Shown here piece after piece: positions 54,904 through 64,000 of a stretch of 64,000 nt of DNA. Both the position numbers and the translations under genes were made by a program. This stretch comes from Opitutales bacterium. GTDB lineage: Bacteria; Verrucomicrobiota; Verrucomicrobiia; Opitutales; UBA2987. The notes under the pieces were generated by a model, which was not told where the DNA came from, made no database searches, and worked only from the letters and a program-made list of their open reading frames with translations. How positions within the stretch are numbered: the stretch's first letter is position 1; every line of letters begins with the position of its first letter. The stretch is taken from assembly GCA_021772535.1 (NCBI GenBank), contig JAJFLV010000114.1:22-64021 (forward strand). The letters are read 5' to 3'.

Positions 54904-57900
54904 ATGTCCAATAAACAGTTTCTGCGGCAAAGCATTTTTTCTTTGCTTGCCGTAACTTATTGTCTTTCAACTGCATCCATTCGCGCTGCGGAAATAAAGG
55001 GAAGCACTCTGAATTCCGACAACGGGATATTCCTCGAGGGGGTTCGACTCTCGATTGAAGAAACCGGTGTGGTAATCTTCTCGGAAAGAGGGGGGGGATT
55101 TGTTATCCGCAACGTGAAACCGGGCGATTACACCCTCAAGGCCACCTATATCGGACACCCCGTTTACACGCAAAGCGTCAATATTCCCTCTTCCGATTCT
55201 TCGATCTACCTCAACATCGATTTTGCAGATGAAGGTATCATTGAGCTTGAGGCCTTCAAAGTAGAGGGGACCCAGATCGGGCAAGCCAAGGCGATCAACC
55301 TGCAGCGATCGGCCGATAATGTCATGAACGTGATCTCCTCAGATGCTATTGGGCAATTCGTCGACCGCAACGCCGCTGAGGCTCTCCAACGGCTGCCCGG
55401 AATCTCTCTCGAAGAGAGCCAGGGCGAGGGAAAGTTTATCATCATTCGCGGTGCCGATCCCGCGTTTAACGCCGTGACGATCGACGGGGTAACAGTCGCC
55501 ACGCCGGAGGAGGATGGTCGCTCTACGGCGTTGAATATCATCTCCACCGATCAACTTGAGCGGATCGAAGTGACGAAAACGTGGCTCCCGGACAAGAGCG
55601 GCAACACCGTTGGGGGGACGGTCAACCTCGTGTCGCGAAGCGCACTGGACCGCGGCGAACGCTTTGCTTCTATTGAGAGCGCCATTACCCAACACTCCAT
55701 CGCGGCACACAACAGTTATCGGTTCAACACGACCTTCGGTGATGTTTTGGGGAAGAAAAAGAACATCGGCTTTCAGATTTCATATAACAAGTCCCTAGAC
55801 AATCGCGGATCCGACACCCTTCGTGCCGATGAGAATTGGCATACTACAGAAGACCTCCCCCTCATCGGGTTTCCCGTCGGTTTCTGGATGGGCGGTATTG
55901 AGATGGAAGACTTCACTATTGAGCGTGAACGTAGCGGAATTGGCGGAAAGCTGGAATATCGGCTGGGCCAGCGCCACGAGTTTTTTGCCGCAGCCTCATT
56001 CAACCAGTTCGATGACGACGAGGTCCTTCAGGAAACACGATTTAATGTGCGGGCAGGCGGAACCTTCTATACCAGGTTGTCAAAGTTGACTCCGGAGGTC
56101 GCCGAAGCCCTGGGATACGACCTTAACGACCCGGAGATAAATGCGCGTTTAAATGATTTTCTATTTTTCGAGGAGGCTGAGCAATTGGGCGACATCGCCT
56201 GGGACCCGGTGACACATAACTACACATTTGTCGGGGGTAACAGCACCGCGCACAAATCATGGCAGAACACGGTCACGGCGGATGAGATACTGACCTACCA
56301 AATAGGTGGAAAACACAAGCTTCTCGGCGAGTGGCTGGAGGTCGATTACAAGTATTTTGTCTCTGATGCGGAAAAGAACTGGACCGAGAGAAGGATGACC
56401 CTTGATGCAGACAGCGCCGGCATGACGGTCGTGTTGGGTGATGAATATTTTCCCCAGGTCATTCCGGATGCCGGCGTGGATTTAATATTCGACCCGGAAA
56501 GATACAAAATTAATCGCCTCCTCGGGGACGGTGCCGACAACACTTTCTTCAGCAGCGATAAACGAAATGGTTTTGAATTCAATCTGAATGCAGCCTACAA
56601 AATTGGCGATTTTTCAGCGACGACGAAAATCGGAGGTCACTTCGATTTTCGGGATAAGGAATTCATCCGCGATTTCAATCGCTTCAGCACGATCGAAGTT
56701 GCACCATTGCCTCAACTCACGCTGGCTGATCCAGTGTTTTTCGGTGGTACACTAGAGACGAGTTTCCTGTCTGAGCGGACGGAGTTCAACTTCGGCCCCA
56801 GTTTCGATACCGTGGCGGCCAATGCATTCCTGGACGACCCCGGTGAAGTCGAGTTGATATCAACGGGAGACGATGTCACCTTCAATGTGACCGACGCTAT
56901 CTTGAAAAACTATCTCGCGAGCGAGGATGTGCTGGCTTGGTACTTGATGCAGACCCTGGAAAAGGGAAGCCTCAAGATTATCGCCGGTCTTCGATTCGAG
57001 GAGACCCGCAACACCTTTACCAACACCGAGATTCTGACCCGTCCCGGGGGGCTGCCGTTTGAATTTGTTCTGCCCCGCTTCTGGGAACGTCTTCCTCTGG
57101 AAGTGTTTTCGCGGCAGGTAACCTCTGAAAGGAGCTATACCCACGTTCTGCCCGCCGTTCATGTGCGCAAGGAATTCGGTGAAAAAACGGTGGTGCGCGC
57201 ATCCTATACCGAGACGATCGCCCGCCCCAGATTCACCGACCTTGTTCCGCGCGAGATCGTCAGCGTCGACGGTGCCGTGTTCGGAACGACTGTCGATCTG
57301 CCAAACTTCGATCTCGCGCCGATGGAATCAACCAATGTCGATCTCTCTTTCGAGCGCTATTTCTCGGGCCTTGGCTTGGTTTCGGTGTCCGGTTTCTACA
57401 AGAAGTTGACCGGGCCGATCTACCTCGAACGCCGGACCATCGATGTCGGGACCGAAATCTCGGCGGAACTGGCGGCCAAGTACGACGCCCAGGGAAGAGA
57501 CGATGACCCATGGATAACCAACAAATGGCAAAACGCAGGCGACGGCGAAATCCTCGGCATTGAGCTGGCCTTTGAACGTAAATTCACCTTCCTCCCCTCG
57601 CCTTTGGACGGATTCGGAGTATCCTTTAACACCGCCTTCATCGACTCGAGCGTCGAGCTTCTGCTCGAAGAGCGCTTTGGAGAAGAGTTGCCTATGTTCA
57701 AACAATCGAGCAGTCTGGGCAATCTTTCCCTTTATTACGAGAAGCATGGGTTGCTCGTGCGCCTGGCGTGGGTCTGGCGTGGCCAATATCTCGACCCAGA
57801 TGGTGTTCGCGGCAGCAAAATCGACATAGCTGACATCACGGAACGCCATGAATTTCCCGCCGACTCGCTCGATGTCTATGTCGATGATTTCACAAAGCTC

Positions 57901-58065
57901 GACCTGACGGTCAAATATCGGTTTCGCGATCACTTCACGATATTCTTCGAAGCAACGAATCTGACCGACGAGCCCCTCCGCCGCTACGAAGGCGACACCA
58001 GCCGGCTCCACTCGATTCAATTTACGGATACGATTTTTTCAATTGGAGCTAAATGGAATCTTTAA
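54904..58065 (+). CDS. TonB-dependent outer-membrane receptor with an N-terminal carboxypeptidase-regulatory-like domain
   Basis: 1053 aa. It has a signal peptide, a beta-sandwich segment (VIRNVKPGDYTLKATYIG), a plug (NAAEALQRLPGISLEESQGEGKFIIIRGADPAFNAVTIDG) and a long beta-barrel with an aromatic-rich C-terminus. Confidence 0.9.
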   Translation: MSNKQFLRQSIFSLLAVTYCLSTASIRAAEIKGSTLNSDNGIFLEGVRLSIEETGVVIFSERGGGFVIRNVKPGDYTLKATYIGHPVYTQSVNIPSSDSSIYLNIDFADEGIIELEAFKVEGTQIGQAKAINLQRSADNVMNVISSDAIGQFVDRNAAEALQRLPGISLEESQGEGKFIIIRGADPAFNAVTIDGVTVATPEEDGRSTALNIISTDQLERIEVTKTWLPDKSGNTVGGTVNLVSRSALDRGERFASIESAITQHSIAAHNSYRFNTTFGDVLGKKKNIGFQISYNKSLDNRGSDTLRADENWHTTEDLPLIGFPVGFWMGGIEMEDFTIERERSGIGGKLEYRLGQRHEFFAAASFNQFDDDEVLQETRFNVRAGGTFYTRLSKLTPEVAEALGYDLNDPEINARLNDFLFFEEAEQLGDIAWDPVTHNYTFVGGNSTAHKSWQNTVTADEILTYQIGGKHKLLGEWLEVDYKYFVSDAEKNWTERRMTLDADSAGMTVVLGDEYFPQVIPDAGVDLIFDPERYKINRLLGDGADNTFFSSDKRNGFEFNLNAAYKIGDFSATTKIGGHFDFRDKEFIRDFNRFSTIEVAPLPQLTLADPVFFGGTLETSFLSERTEFNFGPSFDTVAANAFLDDPGEVELISTGDDVTFNVTDAILKNYLASEDVLAWYLMQTLEKGSLKIIAGLRFEETRNTFTNTEILTRPGGLPFEFVLPRFWERLPLEVFSRQVTSERSYTHVLPAVHVRKEFGEKTVVRASYTETIARPRFTDLVPREIVSVDGAVFGTTVDLPNFDLAPMESTNVDLSFERYFSGLGLVSVSGFYKKLTGPIYLERRTIDVGTEISAELAAKYDAQGRDDDPWITNKWQNAGDGEILGIELAFERKFTFLPSPLDGFGVSFNTAFIDSSVELLLEERFGEELPMFKQSSSLGNLSLYYEKHGLLVRLAWVWRGQYLDPDGVRGSKIDIADITERHEFPADSLDVYVDDFTKLDLTVKYRFRDHFTIFFEATNLTDEPLRRYEGDTSRLHSIQFTDTIFSIGAKWNL

Positions 58066-58151
58066 TAAAAAAATTATAGCTATTTATTCCAAAACTTACT
58101 TATATTCATATATATAAACATAAAACAAGGATTAGAAACGGGAAATTACCA

Positions 58152-61082
58152 ATGACAAATAGCATACCTATACAAAAAAACCCTGTGTGGAGGTTTATAT
58201 TCACACTAATCTCCTGCGCCTTTCTGCTCGGCCTATCGGCCAACGCGGCGGAAGTAGTGGTGTTTGAGGAGAGTTTCGAGACAGACGGTTTGGGCTCGCG
58301 TTACACGGTAGAAAACGGCAGTGATGACGGCTCGAACCTCTTCACCCGAAGACAGGAATTTTCAGCCGGGACCCGAACCTCCGGAGGCACCCTTGGTGGT
58401 GAATTCTTCTTCGCCGGCCGGGATATCGACGCTGCCGGCGATGGCACGGGTGTGGGCACGGGCGATTCCCCACTCGCATCCGACGAAGGGCGGATTACAT
58501 TCAACCCCTTCAGCATATCTGGAGTGGGCCGGCTCGTATTTAACATGTCGGCTGCCCAAGGCGTCAATGAGTTTGAGTTCGACAACGTCCTTCTCATCGA
58601 GGTGAAGATCGATGACGGCGATTTTGAGGCCATCGGCGGCTTTCGCGGTACATTTACCAACTCGCCGGGCCGATACTTTCAGGGGGATGATACCACCTTG
58701 CCGGACCACAACGTCGAAGTGCGCCTGATCTCGGCCTTTACGGATCACAGTTGGGAGATCCCCGGTTCCGGCAGCACCATGCAGATTCGAATCAAGATGA
58801 ACTGTAATGGAGGCAACGAGGAATATGCCATCGATAATCTCACTGTCTCCGCTGATGATGCCGCAGCGGGCTTTACGCTCGCCATAGACAATTCGGTGAT
58901 CTCTGAAACGGCCGGAGCGGGCGCCGCCACGGTAACGGTGACCCTCGATAACGCCGCCCCGGAAGGGGGCGCCAATCTGGACATCAGCCTCGTATCCCCG
59001 CTGGCGACAAGCGGTCCGGAGGGCGAAGTGACGGTTCCCGCCTCTGTATCGATTGCAGCGGGCGCGACAGCCGGAACATTTGCTGTTGATCCTGTCGCGG
59101 ACGGGAGATTCGACGGGGATGTCGGGGTCCGCATTTTCGTTACGGGAGATGGTTTCAACAAGAATTTTGTTCCCATTACAGTGACAAACGTCGACGATCC
59201 GCCAAATATTGTTCTCAACGAGTTTCAGGCCGCTGTTCCCGGCAGCATCGCGGAGGACCTTTTTGCCGATGCCAACGGAGACGGCATCCGGAACGGCGCG
59301 AACGATGAATTCGTTGAAATCGTGAACATCAGCGGAGACGGCACGGCAGTGGATCTCTCGGGCTGGGTAATCTCCGACGATATCGGTCCGCGGCATGTAT
59401 TTTCTGTGGGATCGGTGCTTGAGGACGGCCGCGCCATCGTGGTATTCGGCGGCGGCGTGCCGACCGGCGTATTCGGCGGCGCCCTCATTCAGACCGCCTC
59501 CCAGGGCAACCTGGGATGGTCCAACTCCGGTGACACGATTCACCTCCGTGCGGGCGGCGCTTCCGTGTTCGCCGTCAATTACGTGGACGCCCTCGGCAAT
59601 GTCGACCCGAGCGCGGTTCTGGAACCGGAGCTTACGGGCGACTATGTCTTTCATGACGTGGCGACTGGTACAGGTGGCGCCCTTTTCTCGCCGGGAACCC
59701 AGAACGACGGCGCACCGTTCGGCGTCTTCGATTTCACTGCCGGCCTGGCCTTGAGTGTGGACACCATCCCCGATGACGCCGGAGCCGCCGCTGTAACGGG
59801 GACTGTTACCCTCGATGGTGCAGCTCCGGCAGGCGGGTTGGGGATTAGTATTGAATCTACCGGCGCGCCCGACCGGATCGAATTTTCCGGAACCAACGTC
59901 ACAGTTGAGGATGTTTTTGACCCGGTGTTTGAGACAACCATTCGTGTCTATACACTGGCCATTGCCGAAGGGGGCACCCTGGGAACGTTCGATATCGATG
60001 TTATAAATGACGGTCTGCTTAGTGGTGATCGCGACTGGAATATCATTGTCAAAGAACAGGATACCGTTCCCGGCGCTGCCACCCTGAGCGTGACGGAGTC
60101 TGAAGTGAATTCGTTCAACTTTGTTATAAACGAGATGCTTCAGGACTCGGACGACGGCGGCGTTGATTCCAACCTGAACGGAATCGTAGAAGAAGGGTTG
60201 TCGGATCAGTTTGTTGAGATCGTGAACATCAGCGGTTTTGCGGTCAATATCTCGGGGTGGCAATTGGGGTCCATCACTTCAGATAATTTCGGCATCAACA
60301 GAACCAGGATTCAGCATATATTTCCGGATGGAACGATCGTCAACGACCAGGGAGCGATCGTGATCTTTGGTGGAGACGGCGACGTCGAGGGTCATTTGGC
60401 TCGCATGAACGACCCGCAGGACCTGGGCCCCTCCTTTGGAAACGCAATCGTGCAGATCGCCAATGAAGGGTCCAATGGCGTTAATCTCGCCAGTGACGAT
60501 GCGGAGGCATTTACCTCGCAACTCTTCAATGAGCATGGCTTCCTCATGGATGAGGCCAAATACGTGCGTGTTGATGCTGAACAAGGGCAATCGTTGACGC
60601 GATCTCCCGACATTACGGGCGATTTCTTCTCGCCCCTCGGTCCTAGCTACCACTTCGATGTCTCTCCGGCCTTCTTGCCCTTCTCGCCCGGCACCGACAT
60701 CAGTGGCGTGGCGTTTACAGGTAACGGAGTTGCGGATCTGGATGTATTCAGCGGCGTGGATATCCCAGGGTTCTCAGGATGGAAAGCGTCCTCGTGGTAT
60801 AAGAACTACAACGTGGATTTCTGGCCCTGGATCTACCATGACGAACATGGCTGGCAATTTGTGGATGCAGGAAGCACCGCTGCTGTTACCTTTGTTTTCG
60901 ATTTGGGCCTGGATAGCTGGGTCTTTATCAATGAAGGCGCCTATCGGTGGATATTCGTGTTCGGCGGACCAAATGCAGGTTGGATATTCACTTTCGGTGA
61001 CAACTCACCGGACAGCAGGTTTTTCCAGAGGCTCGATGATGGCAGTTTGTTCAGCATTCCTCCTGGACTTCCTGTGAATTAA
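58152..61082 (+). CDS. Secreted multidomain protein with two lamin-tail domains (LTD)
   Basis: 976 aa with a signal peptide. Its two LTD signatures are VLNEF...DEFVEIVNISGDGTAVDLSGWVISDD and VINEM...DQFVEIVNISGFAVNISGWQLGS. Each is preceded by a Calx-beta-like module (TVTLDNAAPEGG and TVTLDGAAPAGG). Confidence 0.8.
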   Translation: MTNSIPIQKNPVWRFIFTLISCAFLLGLSANAAEVVVFEESFETDGLGSRYTVENGSDDGSNLFTRRQEFSAGTRTSGGTLGGEFFFAGRDIDAAGDGTGVGTGDSPLASDEGRITFNPFSISGVGRLVFNMSAAQGVNEFEFDNVLLIEVKIDDGDFEAIGGFRGTFTNSPGRYFQGDDTTLPDHNVEVRLISAFTDHSWEIPGSGSTMQIRIKMNCNGGNEEYAIDNLTVSADDAAAGFTLAIDNSVISETAGAGAATVTVTLDNAAPEGGANLDISLVSPLATSGPEGEVTVPASVSIAAGATAGTFAVDPVADGRFDGDVGVRIFVTGDGFNKNFVPITVTNVDDPPNIVLNEFQAAVPGSIAEDLFADANGDGIRNGANDEFVEIVNISGDGTAVDLSGWVISDDIGPRHVFSVGSVLEDGRAIVVFGGGVPTGVFGGALIQTASQGNLGWSNSGDTIHLRAGGASVFAVNYVDALGNVDPSAVLEPELTGDYVFHDVATGTGGALFSPGTQNDGAPFGVFDFTAGLALSVDTIPDDAGAAAVTGTVTLDGAAPAGGLGISIESTGAPDRIEFSGTNVTVEDVFDPVFETTIRVYTLAIAEGGTLGTFDIDVINDGLLSGDRDWNIIVKEQDTVPGAATLSVTESEVNSFNFVINEMLQDSDDGGVDSNLNGIVEEGLSDQFVEIVNISGFAVNISGWQLGSITSDNFGINRTRIQHIFPDGTIVNDQGAIVIFGGDGDVEGHLARMNDPQDLGPSFGNAIVQIANEGSNGVNLASDDAEAFTSQLFNEHGFLMDEAKYVRVDAEQGQSLTRSPDITGDFFSPLGPSYHFDVSPAFLPFSPGTDISGVAFTGNGVADLDVFSGVDIPGFSGWKASSWYKNYNVDFWPWIYHDEHGWQFVDAGSTAAVTFVFDLGLDSWVFINEGAYRWIFVFGGPNAGWIFTFGDNSPDSRFFQRLDDGSLFSIPPGLPVN

Positions 61083-61115
61083 AAAGAATCGATTAGGGAA
61101 TTATGGTATGCACCA

Positions 61116-61162
61116 ATAATGGCGGGCACGCAGTTTGCGTGCCCGCCATTATCTTTTTTTTC
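61116..61162 (+). terminator. Rho-independent terminator after the LTD gene
   Basis: A perfect 16-bp stem pairs 61116-61131 with 61137-61152 (ATAATGGCGGGCACGC / GCGTGCCCGCCATTAT). The loop is 5 nt and is followed by a run of eight T at 61154-61161. Confidence 0.85.
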
Positions 61163-61165
61163 TTA

Positions 61166-61843
61166 ATGATATCCAAGGTTAACCCAAAGTTTAACTTGTT
61201 GGTAGTAACGCTGCTGATTCTCATTCCCCATTCTGTATTCGGGCAGAAGAATATCACTGAATTTTCCGGATACTGGAAACACCGGGTTTCCTTATTCCGA
61301 AATCTGCCCAATCCGGCAGGCGAAATCTGTTTTCTCGGGGACAGCATCACCGATGGCTGCGAGTGGCGGGAATTAACCGGTTTGGATCAGGTTACCAACC
61401 GCGGAATCTCCAGTGATACCGGTTGGGGCGTCTTGAAACGTATCGAAGAGGTGACCGAAGGAAAACCGGCCAAGATTTTTCTCATGATTGGCACTAACGA
61501 TCTGGATCGAGAAAAATCCGTCACTGAAGTTCGTGACCAAATTAGAAAAATTCTCGAGTTTATATTGAGAGAGAGCCCGGGGACCGAGATTTACCTACAG
61601 AGCGTTCTTCCAGTTTGGGATAACACTTGGGGTTCCCGAAATAATGCGACCATCAATCAGCTTAATAAAGAACTTTTGGCTCTTGTGGAGTCAACTGGTG
61701 TCCGATGGATCGACTTGGCATCTCATTTCAAGGATGGCACGGGTTCGCTTCGTAAGGATCTTACAGAGGAGGGCTTGCACTTAAATGGAATGGGATATAA
61801 AGTATGGTACTCGGTCATCCGTAAGTACCTTCCTTCAAACTGA
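61166..61843 (+). CDS. SGNH/GDSL-family hydrolase (exported)
   Basis: It contains block I FLGDSITDG, block III GTNDL and block V EEGLHLN. The start was moved to ATG 61166 (MISKVNPKFNLLVVTLLIL) because the listed start at 61103 lies inside the terminator hairpin. Confidence 0.8.
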   Translation: MISKVNPKFNLLVVTLLILIPHSVFGQKNITEFSGYWKHRVSLFRNLPNPAGEICFLGDSITDGCEWRELTGLDQVTNRGISSDTGWGVLKRIEEVTEGKPAKIFLMIGTNDLDREKSVTEVRDQIRKILEFILRESPGTEIYLQSVLPVWDNTWGSRNNATINQLNKELLALVESTGVRWIDLASHFKDGTGSLRKDLTEEGLHLNGMGYKVWYSVIRKYLPSN

Positions 61844-61883
61844 CTCTATTAGAGTCGCAACTTGAATATTATCTGAGTTCGCC

Positions 61884-64000
61884 ATGACCTCTATCTCAAA
61901 TTTATGTATAAGCGGTGTTAAGTCGGCGTTATTTTTTTTCTTGATGACGGCATCACCGGTTTTTTCACAAAAACCACAAACCGTGATTTTCGAGCTGCCG
62001 CAGCAATTTTGTATCGATGAGGATGATTTTGAACTCGAGGCAGAAAGTTTTGATTTTGAAGGGGTTGCCATCAGGGTTATGAGTTTCAATATCCATACCG
62101 GCATTGGCGGGTTTGCCTCCGCATCTTCCGGCGGCATTTCCACTCAATACACCCAGCCGGAAATCTGGCCGCTCATAATTCCGGAAATCGCAGAACGTAT
62201 TTTTCAGCAAAACCTGGATATATTTGGTCTTCAGGAGGTCATTGGCGGACAATCGACTGTTGATGACGGCCGCGTCGGCAGAAGGGAATCCGAGCAATCC
62301 GAGATCATTAAGACTACCCTCAACACCTTGGAGGGTGAGGAGGTCTGGGATTATCAATTCTGGACCCATAATATCGGCATGCCAGGTTCCCGGGGAGGGG
62401 ATTGGTGGGGAGTGGCTACATTTTACCGCTCACCTTGGACGCTCGTGGGCGATCCTTCCATCCATTCCACAAGTGTTGGAGGCGATACCAAGTCGATGAT
62501 TAAAACGACCTTGAGCAACGGTTCTCGAGTCATCGATGTTTTTACTGCCCATTTCGATGTAGATCTTCCCGAACCGGCCGATGGGTCGATTCAGTATAGT
62601 GAACGCAACGCCGCTCCGGCTCTGGCCGCGGCCAACAATCCTGTAATCCTCATCGGCGACCTCAATGTCGAACCGCAGCACACTATGCCCGACGGCACTT
62701 TGCAGCTCAAACCGCTGTGGGACATCGGATTGACGGATTCTGCGGTCAGTTCAGGGGTAGTTCCTTCCCTCGGGTTCGGTCCCGGACCCACAACGCTTCA
62801 TACCCGCCAAAATGCCTTCGGTGAGGGCACCAAAAGAATCGATTGGGTCGTCCATGAAGAAAGCGAATTCATCGCTACAGGGGTAGAGGTTTACCGGGCT
62901 CAGAACGATCCCTCCACTACCATGCCATCCCCGCATCCCAGTATTGCTGCAGGCGTGAATCGATTTCCCGAGCAACAGGCAACCTCCTTTATTTCCGATC
63001 ACCACGCCTTTATCGCCGATCTCAAAATGAGGGGTAATCCAACCGGTTTGCCCATTGTCTTCGGAAGTTCCAATTCGGATGTCGCCGTGGTTTCAGGTTC
63101 TAATGTCACCATAACCGGGACAGGAATTGCCAGACTAATCGCCAGGCAGTCCGGGAGTGAGGAGTTTGCAGCTGCTAGGGCTGTTGTTCGCCAAATCGAG
63201 GTTATCGGTCCGCCGACTCTACTCTTGGAAGAGTCTTTCGAGACCGACGGCGATGGGACACGCTACAATATTTTCGGTGCGGGGAGAGCGGTTTCCAACG
63301 CCTATTTTCATCGTTCTTCCACCGATGGTGAATTTACCGATCCTGACGGTTCTTGGTACTTTTCCGCTGAAAATATCGATGGACAACCGGGCCATAACAC
63401 CTTTGACGATGGAGACGGCTCACTGAGCGATTCAGGAAAAGGAGCGGTGGTTTTTGATCCTGTTCCAATCACCGGTCAAGCTGGATTAAGGGTAACAATT
63501 CAGGTAGCAGCTTCCGACCCCGGCGGTTTCGACACCTCCAGAACAAACGGAGACAAGGTCGGAATTGAGGTGAGCATCGACGATGGGCCATTTCAGGAAA
63601 TTGGACGCATTCAATCCGAAAGCGAAAATGGTCCTATGATTTCTCCTGATGGAACCCCAATTCCCGGCGCGTTCACCGAATTGTCCTTTCCCATTGGTTT
63701 ATCAGGGGACACACTACAGCTTAGAGTCGTCCTGCGGGCAACCTCTGGCGAGGGCAATGAAATTCTTGGTTTCGACAAGGTGATGATAATTGGGAGTGAG
63801 AGCGTTAGCCGCGAAGAAATCATTCCGCTGGGAGGTGCTTGTAATCCCATTTTCGACCTGGAGGATTGGTTCGATTCTCCTTGGTTTGGCCCCTATAACA
63901 CCACTTCCGATCCATGGATTTATCATCCTCGGCACAATTTCATTTACCTCTCCCCGCAATCCGGTCGCTCAAATATTTTCTTATACGATCCCGTGATCGA
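61884..64000 (+). CDS. Exported endonuclease/exonuclease/phosphatase (EEP) family protein with a C-terminal domain shared with the LTD protein; 3'-truncated by the window edge
   Basis: My own translation from ATG 61884 is open for 705 codons to the window end, and the ORF track does not list it. It has a signal peptide (SALFFFLMTASPVFSQ), EEP motifs (VMSFNIH, GLQEV, TAHFD, IGDLNVEP, SDHH) and then EESFETDGDGTRY, homologous to the N-terminal domain of the 58152 protein. Confidence 0.75.
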   Translation, partial: MTSISNLCISGVKSALFFFLMTASPVFSQKPQTVIFELPQQFCIDEDDFELEAESFDFEGVAIRVMSFNIHTGIGGFASASSGGISTQYTQPEIWPLIIPEIAERIFQQNLDIFGLQEVIGGQSTVDDGRVGRRESEQSEIIKTTLNTLEGEEVWDYQFWTHNIGMPGSRGGDWWGVATFYRSPWTLVGDPSIHSTSVGGDTKSMIKTTLSNGSRVIDVFTAHFDVDLPEPADGSIQYSERNAAPALAAANNPVILIGDLNVEPQHTMPDGTLQLKPLWDIGLTDSAVSSGVVPSLGFGPGPTTLHTRQNAFGEGTKRIDWVVHEESEFIATGVEVYRAQNDPSTTMPSPHPSIAAGVNRFPEQQATSFISDHHAFIADLKMRGNPTGLPIVFGSSNSDVAVVSGSNVTITGTGIARLIARQSGSEEFAAARAVVRQIEVIGPPTLLLEESFETDGDGTRYNIFGAGRAVSNAYFHRSSTDGEFTDPDGSWYFSAENIDGQPGHNTFDDGDGSLSDSGKGAVVFDPVPITGQAGLRVTIQVAASDPGGFDTSRTNGDKVGIEVSIDDGPFQEIGRIQSESENGPMISPDGTPIPGAFTELSFPIGLSGDTLQLRVVLRATSGEGNEILGFDKVMIIGSESVSREEIIPLGGACNPIFDLEDWFDSPWFGPYNTTSDPWIYHPRHNFIYLSPQSGRSNIFLYDPVI

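Noticed and set aside
58362-60263. 633-aa minus-strand ORF, the longest unexplained ORF in the track.
   Set aside because: It is fully antisense to the 976-aa LTD gene, which has a signal peptide and clear domain motifs. The antisense product is low-complexity (Arg/Gly/Ala-rich) and is typical of a shadow ORF in a GC-rich, codon-biased gene.

Overview
This is a moderate-GC bacterial chromosomal window. Its gene content (mcsA-mcsB-clpC, MEP-pathway genes, lamin-tail-domain and TonB-receptor surface proteins) loosely suggests a PVC/Verrucomicrobiota-like organism, but the taxon cannot be proven from the sequence alone. Four regions stand out. (1) 192-14118 is a ~13.9-kb integrative island inserted in the 3' end of the tmRNA gene (ssrA, minus strand, 14094-14447). 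It is bounded by a perfect 25-bp direct repeat. It carries a tyrosine integrase, an XRE repressor facing two excisionase-type HTH genes across a palindromic operator, a 10-bp iteron cluster with a ~104-bp palindrome, an orphan tape-measure-like gene, and a distal cargo arm. The cargo arm holds two HEPN-motif proteins, a membrane-anchored partner protein, a small serine recombinase with res-like sites, and an LRAT/NlpC-P60-like protein with a small acidic neighbour. This arm is the best candidate in the window for an undescribed defence or toxin system. (2) 14601-33739 is ordinary housekeeping: oxidoreductase, ilvE, mcsA-mcsB-clpC, ndk, ispF/ispD/ispE, ptsI, nif3, aroQ, pgpA, pgsA, coaD, an MFS transporter, gpsA and a response regulator. 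(3) 33893-44583 is a tightly coupled ten-gene minus-strand redox operon. It encodes a membrane-anchored tetraheme cytochrome c, a Tat-exported NapA/NasA-family molybdoenzyme, two NapG-like and two NapH-like proteins, a possible metal-handling pair, a NapF-like ferredoxin and a MOSC protein. (4) 45099-64000 holds a glycerol-3-phosphate/glycerophosphodiester locus (glpT, HAD, two glpQ-like genes, glpF, glpD, TrmB-type regulator). It is followed by a surface-protein cluster: a TonB-dependent receptor, a 976-aa double lamin-tail-domain protein, an SGNH hydrolase, and an EEP nuclease/phosphatase ORF that runs off the right edge and is missing from the supplied ORF track. I saw no CRISPR array, rRNA or tRNA. 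All functional calls come from motif recognition by eye; no searches were run.
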